Origin: a virus
Length of the DNA stretch: 64,000 bases
Virus record (IMG/VR): IMGVR_UViG_3300044730_000222
Coordinates: 37,846 to 101,845 of that record
Direction: 5' to 3' (one strand)
The stretch's first letter is position 1, and each line of letters begins with the position of its first letter. The notes beneath the pieces were generated by a model. The model was not told the origin of the DNA, ran no database searches, and worked only from the letters and a program-made list of their open reading frames with translations. This document shows positions 16,203-25,586 of the stretch, one piece after another. A program made the translations under genes and the position numbers.

Positions 16203-16778
16203 TTATTTTACAGTTTGTCCACAAGTTGGACAAGTCTTTGTTTCACTAACAGGATTAGCAGTCTTTGCTTCTCCTGCTCCTTTAAATTTAGGACGACCAA
16301 AGCCTACGATAGAAATCATAACCCCAGCCTTATTTTTCTTGTAGGCACGAAGTTGTTTGCAAACTTCTCCACCATTTCTTTGGCTTCCCTTTTTACTTGA
16401 AGATGTATTTCCTTCAATGCACCAAACAGTTCCATCTTCATTATCTTTAATAACAATACCAACATGAGAAATACGATCTACGCCATCTCCTGGAAAATCA
16501 AAATACGCAATATCTCCTGGTTCTGGATCACATATTTGTGCATCGTACCAACGTCCTGATTTCTTAAATGCTGCTGCACCTGAAGGAGTGTAAACAGTAT
16601 TAGGAACTTTTACTCCTGCTTGATCTGCACACCACATTACGAAACTTCCACACCAAGGTTGAAAGTCTGACTTAGTAAACTTGCCATACTTTGTTTCATT
16701 ATCTTTTGGACCTTCAATAGTTCCAACTTCTGCTTTAGCAACTTCAATAAGTTTTGCTGCTGTTCCCATATCTGCCAT
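16203..16778 (-). CDS. CHAP-domain endolysin / peptidoglycan hydrolase
   Basis: PWCGSFV, PGD, SHVGIV, IEGNT; C-terminal CPTC. Confidence 0.85.
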   Translation of the reverse strand: MADMGTAAKLIEVAKAEVGTIEGPKDNETKYGKFTKSDFQPWCGSFVMWCADQAGVKVPNTVYTPSGAAAFKKSGRWYDAQICDPEPGDIAYFDFPGDGVDRISHVGIVIKDNEDGTVWCIEGNTSSSKKGSQRNGGEVCKQLRAYKKNKAGVMISIVGFGRPKFKGAGEAKTANPVSETKTCPTCGQTVK

Positions 16779-16780
16779 GA

Positions 16781-17191
16781 TTAATCCTTATCCCAATCTT
16801 CATCTACTGGTAGTTCATCTGGCATCTGATTATTAGGTTTAGTAGATACTACTTCTTCTACTTCGTCTACCGTTTTTTCAGCAACCTCTGACAAATCAGA
16901 AACCTGACTTACACTGTTGTTTTTTTCTTCAATAGCATTAATCATTTCTTGTGCACCGCTACGACCAATCAGCAAACCTGCGAGGGTACCAGTAATAAAT
17001 GTCGCAACACTACCAAGAACATTAAAAAACATCTTATCATTTTCAGATTGTGCTGTTACTGGTTGTGAAACAAAAACCAAGGCATATAGAATACCCATGG
17101 TTGTAAATAATAAAATTGCCCCTAAAATAATCCCTAAAATAAATTTTAATCTTGCATCTAAATCAGATGGGGTTAGTCTTGGCTTACTCAT
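16781..17191 (-). CDS. Two-TM membrane protein adjacent to endolysin (holin-like)
   Basis: Two hydrophobic helices, acidic tail. Confidence 0.5.
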   Translation of the reverse strand: MSKPRLTPSDLDARLKFILGIILGAILLFTTMGILYALVFVSQPVTAQSENDKMFFNVLGSVATFITGTLAGLLIGRSGAQEMINAIEEKNNSVSQVSDLSEVAEKTVDEVEEVVSTKPNNQMPDELPVDEDWDKD

Positions 17192-17411
17192 TGTTTGTCT
17201 CTTCCTCTATTACGCTCTCATTTGATGTTCCGTTTACAACATCTTCCCCTACCAAATCTTCTGGACAAGCACCGTTTACTGTACAAATTGGTGGCTTGCA
17301 TTCAGGGTTACCCCAATTGGCTGGATCTTGGCAAGGATAGCGGTAGTGACCATCATAGCCACATCCCACAAGCAATACTCCAAGAAAAGCAGTTAGGATT
17401 ATTTTTACCAT
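17184..17411 (-). CDS. Small Cys-rich lipoprotein
   Basis: Lipobox LVGC; RYPCQDPANW..EC.PP.C...G.CP; leaderless promoter. Confidence 0.7.
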   Translation of the reverse strand: MVKIILTAFLGVLLVGCGYDGHYRYPCQDPANWGNPECKPPICTVNGACPEDLVGEDVVNGTSNESVIEEETNNE

Positions 17412-17428
17412 ACCCACCATTATAGCAG

Positions 17429-17809
17429 TTATTCGTCTTTTTCCTCACGAAGGGGTATTGTGACAAGCCATAAAATAGTAGCCGCTATTGTGGAAATTCC
17501 TACGATTTGTTGGGCGGTACCAGTAAGAGTAAGCCATGCAATAAAGAATCCTAGCAGTGTCCATACCTGAGCAATGCTTTCTTTTACAGCCTTACCAAAC
17601 CATACAACAAAGCCCTTAACAAGCCTATAAGCCAATCCTGGAGCCTTTTTGAGTAGGTCTATAGCCTTTATTAAGGCTGGCTTTGCCTTATTAAGTAAAG
17701 GCTTAGCCTTCTCAAGTAAAGGTTTAAGGTTTGGTGTTTTTACCTTAATACCCTTTATTTTGCCAATAAGGGACTTTGCTTGATTAACTAACTTATCTAT
17801 CATTGTCAT
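17429..17809 (-). CDS. Membrane protein
   Basis: Basic amphipathic N-half and two C-terminal TM helices. Confidence 0.6.
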   Translation of the reverse strand: MTMIDKLVNQAKSLIGKIKGIKVKTPNLKPLLEKAKPLLNKAKPALIKAIDLLKKAPGLAYRLVKGFVVWFGKAVKESIAQVWTLLGFFIAWLTLTGTAQQIVGISTIAATILWLVTIPLREEKDE

Positions 17810-17810
17810 A

Positions 17811-19427
17811 TTATAACCTCCTTAGTGACATAACAGAACTAACTATGTTGGATACCAGAATTACTGGGATAATAACTTCTTGAGCCTTTTCCCTCTGGTC
17901 ATCCGTCATATCTTTGCCCCATTCTGAAGGGCTAAATACTTTGTCAAAATCTATATCTGTCAGTACTCCCAAAGGATCTGATAAAAATGCCTCTGTTTGA
18001 AGTTCAGTAACAGCATCTGCCAGAGTGTATGGCATAGGAGCATTTTCATTGTCTGCTGACATTTCTGCAAATTGAACCACTGCTGTAGCAACTGAAGGAT
18101 TGTCTTTCGCCATTTCAGCAATCAATGCAATCTCTTCTGTTTTAACTCCAAGATCTAAAGCAAAAGATTTTTTATTTTCTGGAGATAATTCAATTAAAAG
18201 ATTGGATACAGCAGCCATTAATTTAGAATCATTTACACTAATTAATTTATTTAGTTTATTGAGTTCTTCTTCTGATATACCGTTTTTATTTATATCATCC
18301 GTGTTATCATTATCAGATAATGGACCTACAACTTCTTCGTCAACAGGTTGCTCAGGTTCAGGCTCTTGAATTGAATCTGTACCCTCTGGCTGAGATGAAG
18401 GCTCTTCTGAGGGCTCTGGAGTTGGATCAGTCTCTTCGCTCTCCCCATCTGTGGTATCAGGGCTTGGAGAAGGAGTGGACTCATCTGGTTCAGTTTGCTC
18501 AGGATCATCAGGAAATCTTGGATCCTCTGGAGTAATTACTTCTGGTTCTACTTCAACATCTGGATCTGGAAAATCTGGTTCTTCTGTTGGTTCAGGTTCA
18601 GGTTCTTCTGTCGGCTCAGTAGTTGGTTCTGGTTCTGGCTCATTAACTTCTTCGCCATTTATTGCTGCAATAAGATTATTAAGATTGGCAATGTCATTTG
18701 CTAGGGTAACTGCTTCAACAATTTCTGCTTGTACTTCTTCTGGAGTCAATGGCTCTTCTGTGGGTGTTGGCGTAGGCTCTGGAATTGGTTCTGGTGCTAA
18801 GGTTGGAGTTGGATCTCCAGCCTGTATTTGCGTAGCACCCCATGCTTCAAGAGAAACTATTGAGCCATCATGCAGACGAACCCCAGTTCTAAGATTTTGA
18901 TACTCAGGTCCTTGATAACTATACGAAACTGCCAAGCCACCAGTATTTGTAATTGCTACTAATATATTAACTGTGCTTGGCTCTGCTCCGTAATTTCCAA
19001 ATGGAACCATATTAAGATTTAATTGAAACCCGCCTTCTGAATAATATATATCTAAACCAGTTGTATTGCTTACTCCTGGAAACCAGTCCATTGAATATAA
19101 AGAGATAGATGGTGTATTTGGATAAGCCCAGTATGTATTATCTGGTTGTCCAAATGTAATTATAGAGTTTGTTGTTGCATAAATGTTTTCATACTGTACC
19201 CCGTCAAAAGTAACGGTGGTTGCAATTGGTATTTGATAAGATGTGTCGTCACCTGAGCAAGTATCCATATGATGCACTATAGGTTCAGCATCGCCTTCAT
19301 ATGCTGCTGCTATGGTTTGTGATTGAATATAGTTGACACAAGTTGCGTGTGCATTTTCTGGAAAACCAAAAAGACTTGCAAATAAAATTCCCACCACTGT
19401 GATTATGCGTAGGATTTTTTTGTTTAT
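17811..19427 (-). CDS. Exported, C-terminally anchored surface protein with NIDO-like domain and P/E/T-rich stalk
   Basis: Signal peptide (complete if ATA 19427 is the start; ORF track starts at 19397), TFDGVQYENIYATTNSIITFG, PEPTEEP repeats, C-terminal hydrophobic segment. Confidence 0.65.
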   Translation of the reverse strand: MNKKILRIITVVGILFASLFGFPENAHATCVNYIQSQTIAAAYEGDAEPIVHHMDTCSGDDTSYQIPIATTVTFDGVQYENIYATTNSIITFGQPDNTYWAYPNTPSISLYSMDWFPGVSNTTGLDIYYSEGGFQLNLNMVPFGNYGAEPSTVNILVAITNTGGLAVSYSYQGPEYQNLRTGVRLHDGSIVSLEAWGATQIQAGDPTPTLAPEPIPEPTPTPTEEPLTPEEVQAEIVEAVTLANDIANLNNLIAAINGEEVNEPEPEPTTEPTEEPEPEPTEEPDFPDPDVEVEPEVITPEDPRFPDDPEQTEPDESTPSPSPDTTDGESEETDPTPEPSEEPSSQPEGTDSIQEPEPEQPVDEEVVGPLSDNDNTDDINKNGISEEELNKLNKLISVNDSKLMAAVSNLLIELSPENKKSFALDLGVKTEEIALIAEMAKDNPSVATAVVQFAEMSADNENAPMPYTLADAVTELQTEAFLSDPLGVLTDIDFDKVFSPSEWGKDMTDDQREKAQEVIIPVILVSNIVSSVMSLRRL

Positions 19428-19484
19428 TTAGGGCACTCCTAATTAACTAGTTAGTTAATCATATTATACCATTATAAAGAAAAA

Positions 19485-19504
19485 GGCGCAGATTTCTCTG
19501 CGCC
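19485..19504 (-). terminator. Intrinsic terminator
   Basis: GGCGCAGA-GAAA-TCTGCGCC followed by TTTTTCTTT. Confidence 0.85.
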
Positions 19505-19523
19505 CTAGTCTTTAATTTGTTAA

Positions 19524-20642
19524 TTACTTAACAAGTGTAACCTTTGCTGAAGGGTTTTTCTTATTCCACTTCTTAGCAAGATCATTGAATGCCTTCTTCA
19601 TTGCAGCAATTGCAGCATTTGAATCAGCAAGAGCCTTTGCATTCTCAGCCTTAACAGCATCTAGTTCTACCTTAGCAGCAGCCTTAGCATCTGAAATAGC
19701 CTTATCTGAAGCAACCTTAGCGGTTACAGCATCAGCCTTTAGAGTTACAACTTCTGCCTTAAGAGCAAGAATTTCTGCATCAGCAGCAGCCTTTGCATCA
19801 GCAAGAGCCTTAGCAGCAGCAGCCTTCTCAGCAGCGAGTGCAGCAGCAGATGCTACCTTCTCAGCAGCAAGTGCAGCAGCAAGATCAACTGTTGAAACAA
19901 TTGCAGATGCAGATGTTACTGCAGTAGCAAGTGTTGGAACAGCGGTTGGTGCTGTAATTGATGCTCCAACAGCAGATGATCCACCAGTTGCTGGAAGTGT
20001 GATCTTTGAAGTATAAAGACCAGTTGTAACTGTAGATGTTTCTACAGTACCAGCAGTTGCATTAATTGCTGTGAATGTTGGAGCAGTTGCTTTTGGATTA
20101 CCAAAAATATCTGTAACAGTAGCAGAAGCAGTTACGGTTCCACCAATATTTCCTGAAGCAGGAACAGATAGTGCAACATTAAATGCTGGTCCAGCAATAC
20201 CCTTTACATAAAGAGTTGTGCTTGCACCAAGAACAGAAACTGTAACAGCAGAAGCACTTGTGCTTGTTGTATATAGATATGCAACAGCAGTAGTTGATGC
20301 TGGAGTTACTGTTAAAGAAGATACGCCAGAAGCCGAATTAGGCGCTGGAGTAAGAGTTGTAAGCAACTTAGCGTTGCCAGTTGTAGCAAATGTAACTGGT
20401 GTTCCAGATACAACAGTTGCTGTAAGAGTTAGTACCTCAGAAGTTGCGGTAGCGGTATCGCTAATAACATTATCAAAAGGAACATTTACTGTAAGTGGCG
20501 CTGTAGCAGATCCAGTGTCAGCATCAACGGCTTTCGTTGTTACTGCTACTGATACTGTGTTGGCACTTGCAGGTGTTGCAACAATTGTGCCCAAAGTCAT
20601 GGCTGCAACCAGACCAAGAGCAATTTTCTTAAATGAATTCAT
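19524..20642 (-). CDS. Secreted Ala/Thr/Val-rich protein (Ig-like region plus Ala/Lys coiled-coil tail)
   Basis: MNSFKKIALGLVAAM...ASA signal peptide; AAEKAAAA repeats; AGGAGA RBS. Confidence 0.7.
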   Translation of the reverse strand: MNSFKKIALGLVAAMTLGTIVATPASANTVSVAVTTKAVDADTGSATAPLTVNVPFDNVISDTATATSEVLTLTATVVSGTPVTFATTGNAKLLTTLTPAPNSASGVSSLTVTPASTTAVAYLYTTSTSASAVTVSVLGASTTLYVKGIAGPAFNVALSVPASGNIGGTVTASATVTDIFGNPKATAPTFTAINATAGTVETSTVTTGLYTSKITLPATGGSSAVGASITAPTAVPTLATAVTSASAIVSTVDLAAALAAEKVASAAALAAEKAAAAKALADAKAAADAEILALKAEVVTLKADAVTAKVASDKAISDAKAAAKVELDAVKAENAKALADSNAAIAAMKKAFNDLAKKWNKKNPSAKVTLVK

Positions 20643-20658
20643 TTTTCTCCTTGTTTAT

Positions 20659-22440
20659 TTAAATTAGTTTATATTCATTTAGAAACTCCTGAATATCTTC
20701 AGGAATCTCCTTGTTATCCAATTCTACCATAGCCTTCTGCTTATCCGCAAGTCGGCTGGCAGAACTCCAAGTATGAACCTCAATTTCTAGATTAGAGTCC
20801 TTACTTGTATGGGATATTGCTCCAAATACCGCCCCACAAACGGCATCTGCCAAGTCCTTAGATTTCTTGCGTGGATGATCAACTCTATTATTTTTCATAA
20901 TTTTAAGTTCACTCATCTCCTCAAGCAATAAAGGAATCATGGGCATTGCAATTCTCTCTTCATATATCATCATGGCTAGGTCTTCATAGTGTTTTTTAGC
21001 AACAGAAACAGTCTCTGTTTTTATGCCTACCGCTTTTAATTCCTGCTGAATATCAAAGGACTGCCAGCGGTCAAAGGTGACCATGCCAATGTTAAAACCT
21101 TCTCTGCGTAAATTCTGTATCCACTTTTTAACCTCAGATAAATCTACAGGACCCTCTACCTTTGGTTCCCACCAAGCAACGGCATCTACGATAACAATTG
21201 GCGCTACCTGCTCGTAATCTTTAATTACCTGAATGTTTACCCAGCGTTCAACGTGTGCGATAGCAACAGCACACTTATCATGTCTTTGTGCAAGGTCAGC
21301 ATGGATATAATATATTTTTTCTGGATCTGGCTTAAAACCAGCATCAAATCTTCTGTGATTGTCTATAGGATTTCTTAATGTCATACACTTTTCTAGTTTT
21401 TCTTTTTGCTTAAAGAATGAATCAGAGGAATATGTGGGGGTACATAAAAATCTCATCATTGCATCGCCTATATCAGTTAAAAATGCAATCTTAAAATCAT
21501 CAATCTTTCTAGTAGGATTTACTTCCCATGTAGGTCTTTTTAATGCAAACATTCTGGGGTACTTATATGATTTGATATGGTCTTCTTCCCATACTATTTC
21601 AAATTCATTATCTGGTCCTTCTGGTAGTTCCTCATTAATAACAAACTTATATCTACGTTCTATTACATCTTTTTCCATGATTACTTCTTCATACCGTTTT
21701 GAAATAAAGTCTCCGTTGTAGCGAGGGAATGAAAGAAGAACTACTTTGCCAAGATCTGGAAAACGAGAGTCTACTGTACCTCTAAATGCTTTATATATAT
21801 TGTCAGCAGTCTTACCCTGATCATTTCCTGTTCCTACTTCTGTAACGAAGCCAGAAATTTCATCAAGTACCGCCATAAATAAGTTAAGACCCTCGTGTGA
21901 TTCACGCTCAGAGTGACCTGAGTAAACGGTAATAGATTTATCAAAACCAATAGAGTTTACCTTTGGATCATACTTTCCAGCAAACCATGGAGACTTCTCA
22001 ATCTTAGTTTTAAAACCTTTGAAGAAAACATTTTTAGCCTGCTCAGCGTTAATAGCAACGTTGATAATATCTATGGCATCACCACTTGGTTTTCCATAAT
22101 ACCTTGCAGGATCTTTAAGGCAAAGAAGTTTATAAACAACATAGGCACAAGCAACAGTAGAGACAAAGTCTTTTCCACTACCCTTTCCTAGTTGTAAAAT
22201 AATCTCATTCTTAGTATATTTAGCAAAATGTTTGTCGCCCTCTTCATGCCCCATCAACATTTGCAAATCTTCTTTACGATAGATCTGGCTCATTGCTTCA
22301 ACAATGTCATACTGAATGGCAGACAATGGCGGTTGATTTAGAAAGTCTGGAGACTCAACAAAGGTCTTTGCATCTACAGGGGTTTCTTCAAATTGATTAT
22401 CTTGAAGGGCTTCAAAGAAATCATTGAACTTGGTGGACAA
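20659..22440 (-). CDS. terL: Terminase large subunit
   Basis: Walker A GKGSGKD, Walker B AVLDE, nuclease HADLA...D, DHP..KSKDLADA. Confidence 0.9.
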   Translation of the reverse strand: MSTKFNDFFEALQDNQFEETPVDAKTFVESPDFLNQPPLSAIQYDIVEAMSQIYRKEDLQMLMGHEEGDKHFAKYTKNEIILQLGKGSGKDFVSTVACAYVVYKLLCLKDPARYYGKPSGDAIDIINVAINAEQAKNVFFKGFKTKIEKSPWFAGKYDPKVNSIGFDKSITVYSGHSERESHEGLNLFMAVLDEISGFVTEVGTGNDQGKTADNIYKAFRGTVDSRFPDLGKVVLLSFPRYNGDFISKRYEEVIMEKDVIERRYKFVINEELPEGPDNEFEIVWEEDHIKSYKYPRMFALKRPTWEVNPTRKIDDFKIAFLTDIGDAMMRFLCTPTYSSDSFFKQKEKLEKCMTLRNPIDNHRRFDAGFKPDPEKIYYIHADLAQRHDKCAVAIAHVERWVNIQVIKDYEQVAPIVIVDAVAWWEPKVEGPVDLSEVKKWIQNLRREGFNIGMVTFDRWQSFDIQQELKAVGIKTETVSVAKKHYEDLAMMIYEERIAMPMIPLLLEEMSELKIMKNNRVDHPRKKSKDLADAVCGAVFGAISHTSKDSNLEIEVHTWSSASRLADKQKAMVELDNKEIPEDIQEFLNEYKLI

Positions 22441-22960
22441 CTGTAATCACTTCCCCATTTTTGGCAATTGCAGATAATCTTTGCATGATTAGGTCACGAA
22501 CCTCTGGATGCTCAGAAGCGATATCACGAAGAATGCCAACAAGAACTTCTTGTCTCTTCTCAATTTCAACTATCTCTTCTGCTAATTCTTTATTTTCTAG
22601 CAAACCAGCCTTTTGTAGCATATCAATTCTTCTTGCCTCAATATCCATTACAAGTTTAATTGCACTAGTTTTAGCAGTCAGGTTTGCTGTAGTAGTTGCA
22701 TCATCAATAACTTCATAGGCTTGCTGTATTAATCTTGTGTAATGTGCATCTGCTGCCACTAAAGCATCTTTTGCACGAGCACGAATAGCATCGTTTGCAG
22801 ATGCCATGGTTTTCCATTCATTTAAATGTGCTACCACACGAGTTCTTGGAATAGCAAGATCTTTAGATATCTTAGTCGGATCATGACCTTTTAGATATTC
22901 TTCAACAACCTTATTTACTTCATCAAGATGTTTAACTAATTCAATTTCAGTGTCTGACAT
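22421..22960 (-). CDS. terS: Terminase small subunit (putative)
   Basis: N-terminal HTH-like segment plus helical domain, overlapping terL. Confidence 0.6.
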   Translation of the reverse strand: MSDTEIELVKHLDEVNKVVEEYLKGHDPTKISKDLAIPRTRVVAHLNEWKTMASANDAIRARAKDALVAADAHYTRLIQQAYEVIDDATTTANLTAKTSAIKLVMDIEARRIDMLQKAGLLENKELAEEIVEIEKRQEVLVGILRDIASEHPEVRDLIMQRLSAIAKNGEVITVVHQVQ

Positions 22961-23195
22961 ATTTTCCCTCTAGTCTATTGATTTCATCCTGAATATAAAA
23001 TATTGCCTTCTTTAAGTCTTCTATGTGTTTGGCTTCATCCTTTATGCCCGCCCTCCAAAGATACTTGATGGCGTTGCCAATATTGAAGTTTCTATGTCTT
23101 GTAATTTGTATAGCCTCTACACCACTTGGGTCAGACGTGTAATGGACAGGGTGATTTACTTGATCAACCGTAATATGAAACTTGTCTTCGCTCAT
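22947..23195 (-). CDS. DUF3310 (SaV-like) protein
   Basis: DQVNHPVHY, FNIGNAIKYLWRAG.K, EDLKKA.FYI. Confidence 0.88.
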   Translation of the reverse strand: MSEDKFHITVDQVNHPVHYTSDPSGVEAIQITRHRNFNIGNAIKYLWRAGIKDEAKHIEDLKKAIFYIQDEINRLEGKYVRH

Positions 23196-23344
23196 CGCCT
23201 ACTCTTTCTTAAACCAAATTTAGCAAGGTATACATAGATAGTTTCTACGCTTACCCCACACTCTTTAGCAATATCTTCTGGAGATTTTTTATCCATATGA
23301 TATCTTTTTTTAAGCCATACCTCATTAGTATACATCTTCCCCAT
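23192..23344 (-). CDS. Small HTH DNA-binding protein (50 aa, not in ORF track)
   Basis: MGKMYTNEVWLKKRYHMDKKSPEDIAKECGVSVETIYVYLAKFGLRKSRR. Confidence 0.75.
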   Translation of the reverse strand: MGKMYTNEVWLKKRYHMDKKSPEDIAKECGVSVETIYVYLAKFGLRKSRR

Positions 23345-23346
23345 GA

Positions 23347-23583
23347 TTATTGCAACCTAAGATTCCATGGAACTGACTCAGGGCCAGCGTCTAATTGTTT
23401 AAATAAATCTTCTTGATATTGTTTTTTTATGCCATAATAGGTGTCAGGGCTAACCTCTTTTAATTTAGGGGTTATGTTATAAAGAATATCCCCAGTTACC
23501 TCATCTATACCAGCAAACTCTATGGCATTTTGCAATAACAAATGTTCTATCATTGCTTCTCTTTGTAATGGCATTCTATTCAT
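23347..23583 (-). CDS. Hypothetical protein (paralog of 10101..10466)
   Basis: Shared GID..TG..LY..TPK..E..P..Y. Confidence 0.6.
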   Translation of the reverse strand: MNRMPLQREAMIEHLLLQNAIEFAGIDEVTGDILYNITPKLKEVSPDTYYGIKKQYQEDLFKQLDAGPESVPWNLRLQ

Positions 23584-24148
23584 ATTTTATCGCTTTTTCC
23601 CAGTTATTAATGGCCCAGTGACCTATGCCAGCAGCATCAGCCACATCATAGTCATCTATTGTTTTATCATAAGCCACTTCTAACAGTTTAATTGTTCTGC
23701 GTTTTCTAAAGTCACGCTCATAAGATTTATACCAAGATAATGATTTTCCAGGATTAACAGATCTTATCTGCAATTGTTCTTCTTTAGATAGTTTTTTATT
23801 ACCCAAATAGTTTTGCCATGTTATTGGAGATACCCTGCCAATTGTAGAAATGCCAGCCAAACCAGCACCACCAAGAATTGCTCCCTGTACCAACGCAAGA
23901 TCTGCTGCAGTTTTGGGGGAATTCATAAAAACGGTATGCTCAATAACAATGGCACTAATCATATTATAATGATCAAACAATGCCTTAGTCTTAGCAGTAG
24001 CATCTATTACTTTTTGATATATATTGGCACCTTCAAAGTTTATTTTTCCATATCCAGTTAAGGTTTTATATGTATAAAATGCAAAGGCAAGACTATTGGT
24101 ACTAGCATCAATAGCACAAATGTTAGATGGCTGACTAATCTTGCTCAT
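23576..24148 (-). CDS. ruvC: RuvC-like Holliday junction resolvase
   Basis: CAIDAST, IVIEH, LALVQGAI, P.TWQ, DVADAAGIG. Confidence 0.8.
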   Translation of the reverse strand: MSKISQPSNICAIDASTNSLAFAFYTYKTLTGYGKINFEGANIYQKVIDATAKTKALFDHYNMISAIVIEHTVFMNSPKTAADLALVQGAILGGAGLAGISTIGRVSPITWQNYLGNKKLSKEEQLQIRSVNPGKSLSWYKSYERDFRKRRTIKLLEVAYDKTIDDYDVADAAGIGHWAINNWEKAIKYE

Positions 24149-24425
24149 AATCAATTATTCCTTTAAGTTCTTTTATCATTTTTTCTACTGCCTTTTGGCT
24201 TACATTGCAATTAGAACAAAATCCAGAATCGTTATATATTGAAAGTTGTACTCCACAACCACCAAGACATCTGCGAATCTTACCTATTCTTTTTTGCCTG
24301 CGAGAAACATTATACCTTTCGGCAATCTTATCTTTTGTAGCAGAGTCTCTGCACTCTGGGCTACAGTATATTTGATAAGTTACCTTTGGCTGAAAGCGCT
24401 TATCGCATCTTTCACACAGTTTCAC
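24135..24425 (-). CDS. Zinc-finger protein
   Basis: CERC, YCSPEC, CLGGC, CSNC. Confidence 0.65.
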   Translation of the reverse strand: MKLCERCDKRFQPKVTYQIYCSPECRDSATKDKIAERYNVSRRQKRIGKIRRCLGGCGVQLSIYNDSGFCSNCNVSQKAVEKMIKELKGIIDYEQD

Positions 24426-25245
24426 TCAGCCCCTCCATAGATTTTATTTTAATAACTCCTGGCTCTGCAGTAGCGCAAATAGCCTTTACTGGACAACCCT
24501 TACATATCTTAGAGTTAGCCCTGTAATTTTTTTGTGGTAAAGTTTTATCTTTCCACGCTTGACGAACAACACGCATCCACTCAAATGTATTTTCAATCCA
24601 TTGTCTGTAAAGATCTGTTACCTCTATAGGAAATACAATAAGTTCATGATTGTTCTTGTTTTCATAAATCAAAACACCCTTAGCCTTTTTTAATATTTTC
24701 ATATATATTAATAACTGCATAAGATGTCCAGTTTTTGGCTCGCCTTTTATTCTAAAGTGTTCAAAAGCATCATGTTGCATTGTTTTGATTTCAGCAATAA
24801 TCTCTTCTTCTTCCCAATTAAGAATGGCATCTCCCCATCCAAATATTGGTGGATCAGAGTGAGTAACCTTAAACTCTGTAGTCTCTACTTCTTTTCCAGT
24901 TTCTTCAAGAACCTTTTCATCAATAAACTTTTTTGCTACCCCAGAATCCATCATTGCCTGTTGAATTCTGTCATGAGAAAGTGTTCCACTAGTCATATTT
25001 GCTACACCGTATGGCGTGTTGTTATCTTCAAATATGTTTCCCTCAAAAGCAAAATACCAATATCTTGGACATTCTCCATGACCCCATACTAAAGTAGATG
25101 GAGCAAAGGTTTTCTTTTGAGTATGCTTTGGACCACGCTTTGCAACGTATCCAGAGTTAATCTTTTCTATCAAGGCCTTTGTGTCAATTATTTGTGGTCT
25201 ATCTTCAGGCCTTATCATTATATTTTTCAGCAAGTTTTTAGTCAT
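24412..25245 (-). CDS. Cas4-like PD-(D/E)XK exonuclease
   Basis: CPR, GT..H, GDA..EIKT, QLLIYM, C-terminal CKGCPVKAIC (4 Cys, Fe-S type). Confidence 0.85.
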   Translation of the reverse strand: MTKNLLKNIMIRPEDRPQIIDTKALIEKINSGYVAKRGPKHTQKKTFAPSTLVWGHGECPRYWYFAFEGNIFEDNNTPYGVANMTSGTLSHDRIQQAMMDSGVAKKFIDEKVLEETGKEVETTEFKVTHSDPPIFGWGDAILNWEEEEIIAEIKTMQHDAFEHFRIKGEPKTGHLMQLLIYMKILKKAKGVLIYENKNNHELIVFPIEVTDLYRQWIENTFEWMRVVRQAWKDKTLPQKNYRANSKICKGCPVKAICATAEPGVIKIKSMEGLSETV

Positions 25246-25271
25246 ATCATCCTTTTTATCTATTATATCAG

Positions 25272-25586
25272 TTAACGCATTATGTATTTGAGCGCTGAAA
25301 CCAAGTCGTTGATTGACTCTGCTGCAGTGTAATAAATGTTTTTCTTGCCTCTGTCTGTCTTGTCAACATTTGTCATCCAAGTAGCCCTGAATGCCATCTT
25401 TGCTGCAATAGCCTGAAGCCTAACAATTTCAAGACTTGCTACCTGTGGTGGAATGTCTGGTTTTATAATTAACTTAGCAATCATTGTTAAAGCGGTAGTT
25501 AATTCTTCATCTTCCATATAAGTGGCTATCTCAGATAACCCATTAATCATCTGTAGTGTTGTTTGTCCACTTTCAGATTCCTTCAT
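25272..25586 (-). CDS. Conserved hypothetical phage protein
   Basis: Helical protein in the recombination operon; GGAGG RBS. Confidence 0.6.
   Translation of the reverse strand: MKESESGQTTLQMINGLSEIATYMEDEELTTALTMIAKLIIKPDIPPQVASLEIVRLQAIAAKMAFRATWMTNVDKTDRGKKNIYYTAAESINDLVSALKYIMR

Noticed and set aside
19620-19890. GCA-rich tandem-like repeats
   Set aside because: Explained by Ala-rich coiled-coil coding; not CRISPR or a non-coding repeat.
18100-20667. Plus-strand Ser/Gly- or Ala-rich ORFs (and similar ones opposite dnaE, the tape measure and the scaffold)
   Set aside because: Antisense shadows of low-complexity or codon-biased minus-strand genes, with no recognisable motifs.
24412-25245. 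Cas4-like gene as part of a CRISPR system
   Set aside because: No repeat-spacer array or other cas genes seen; it sits among recombination genes, typical of solo phage Cas4 nucleases.
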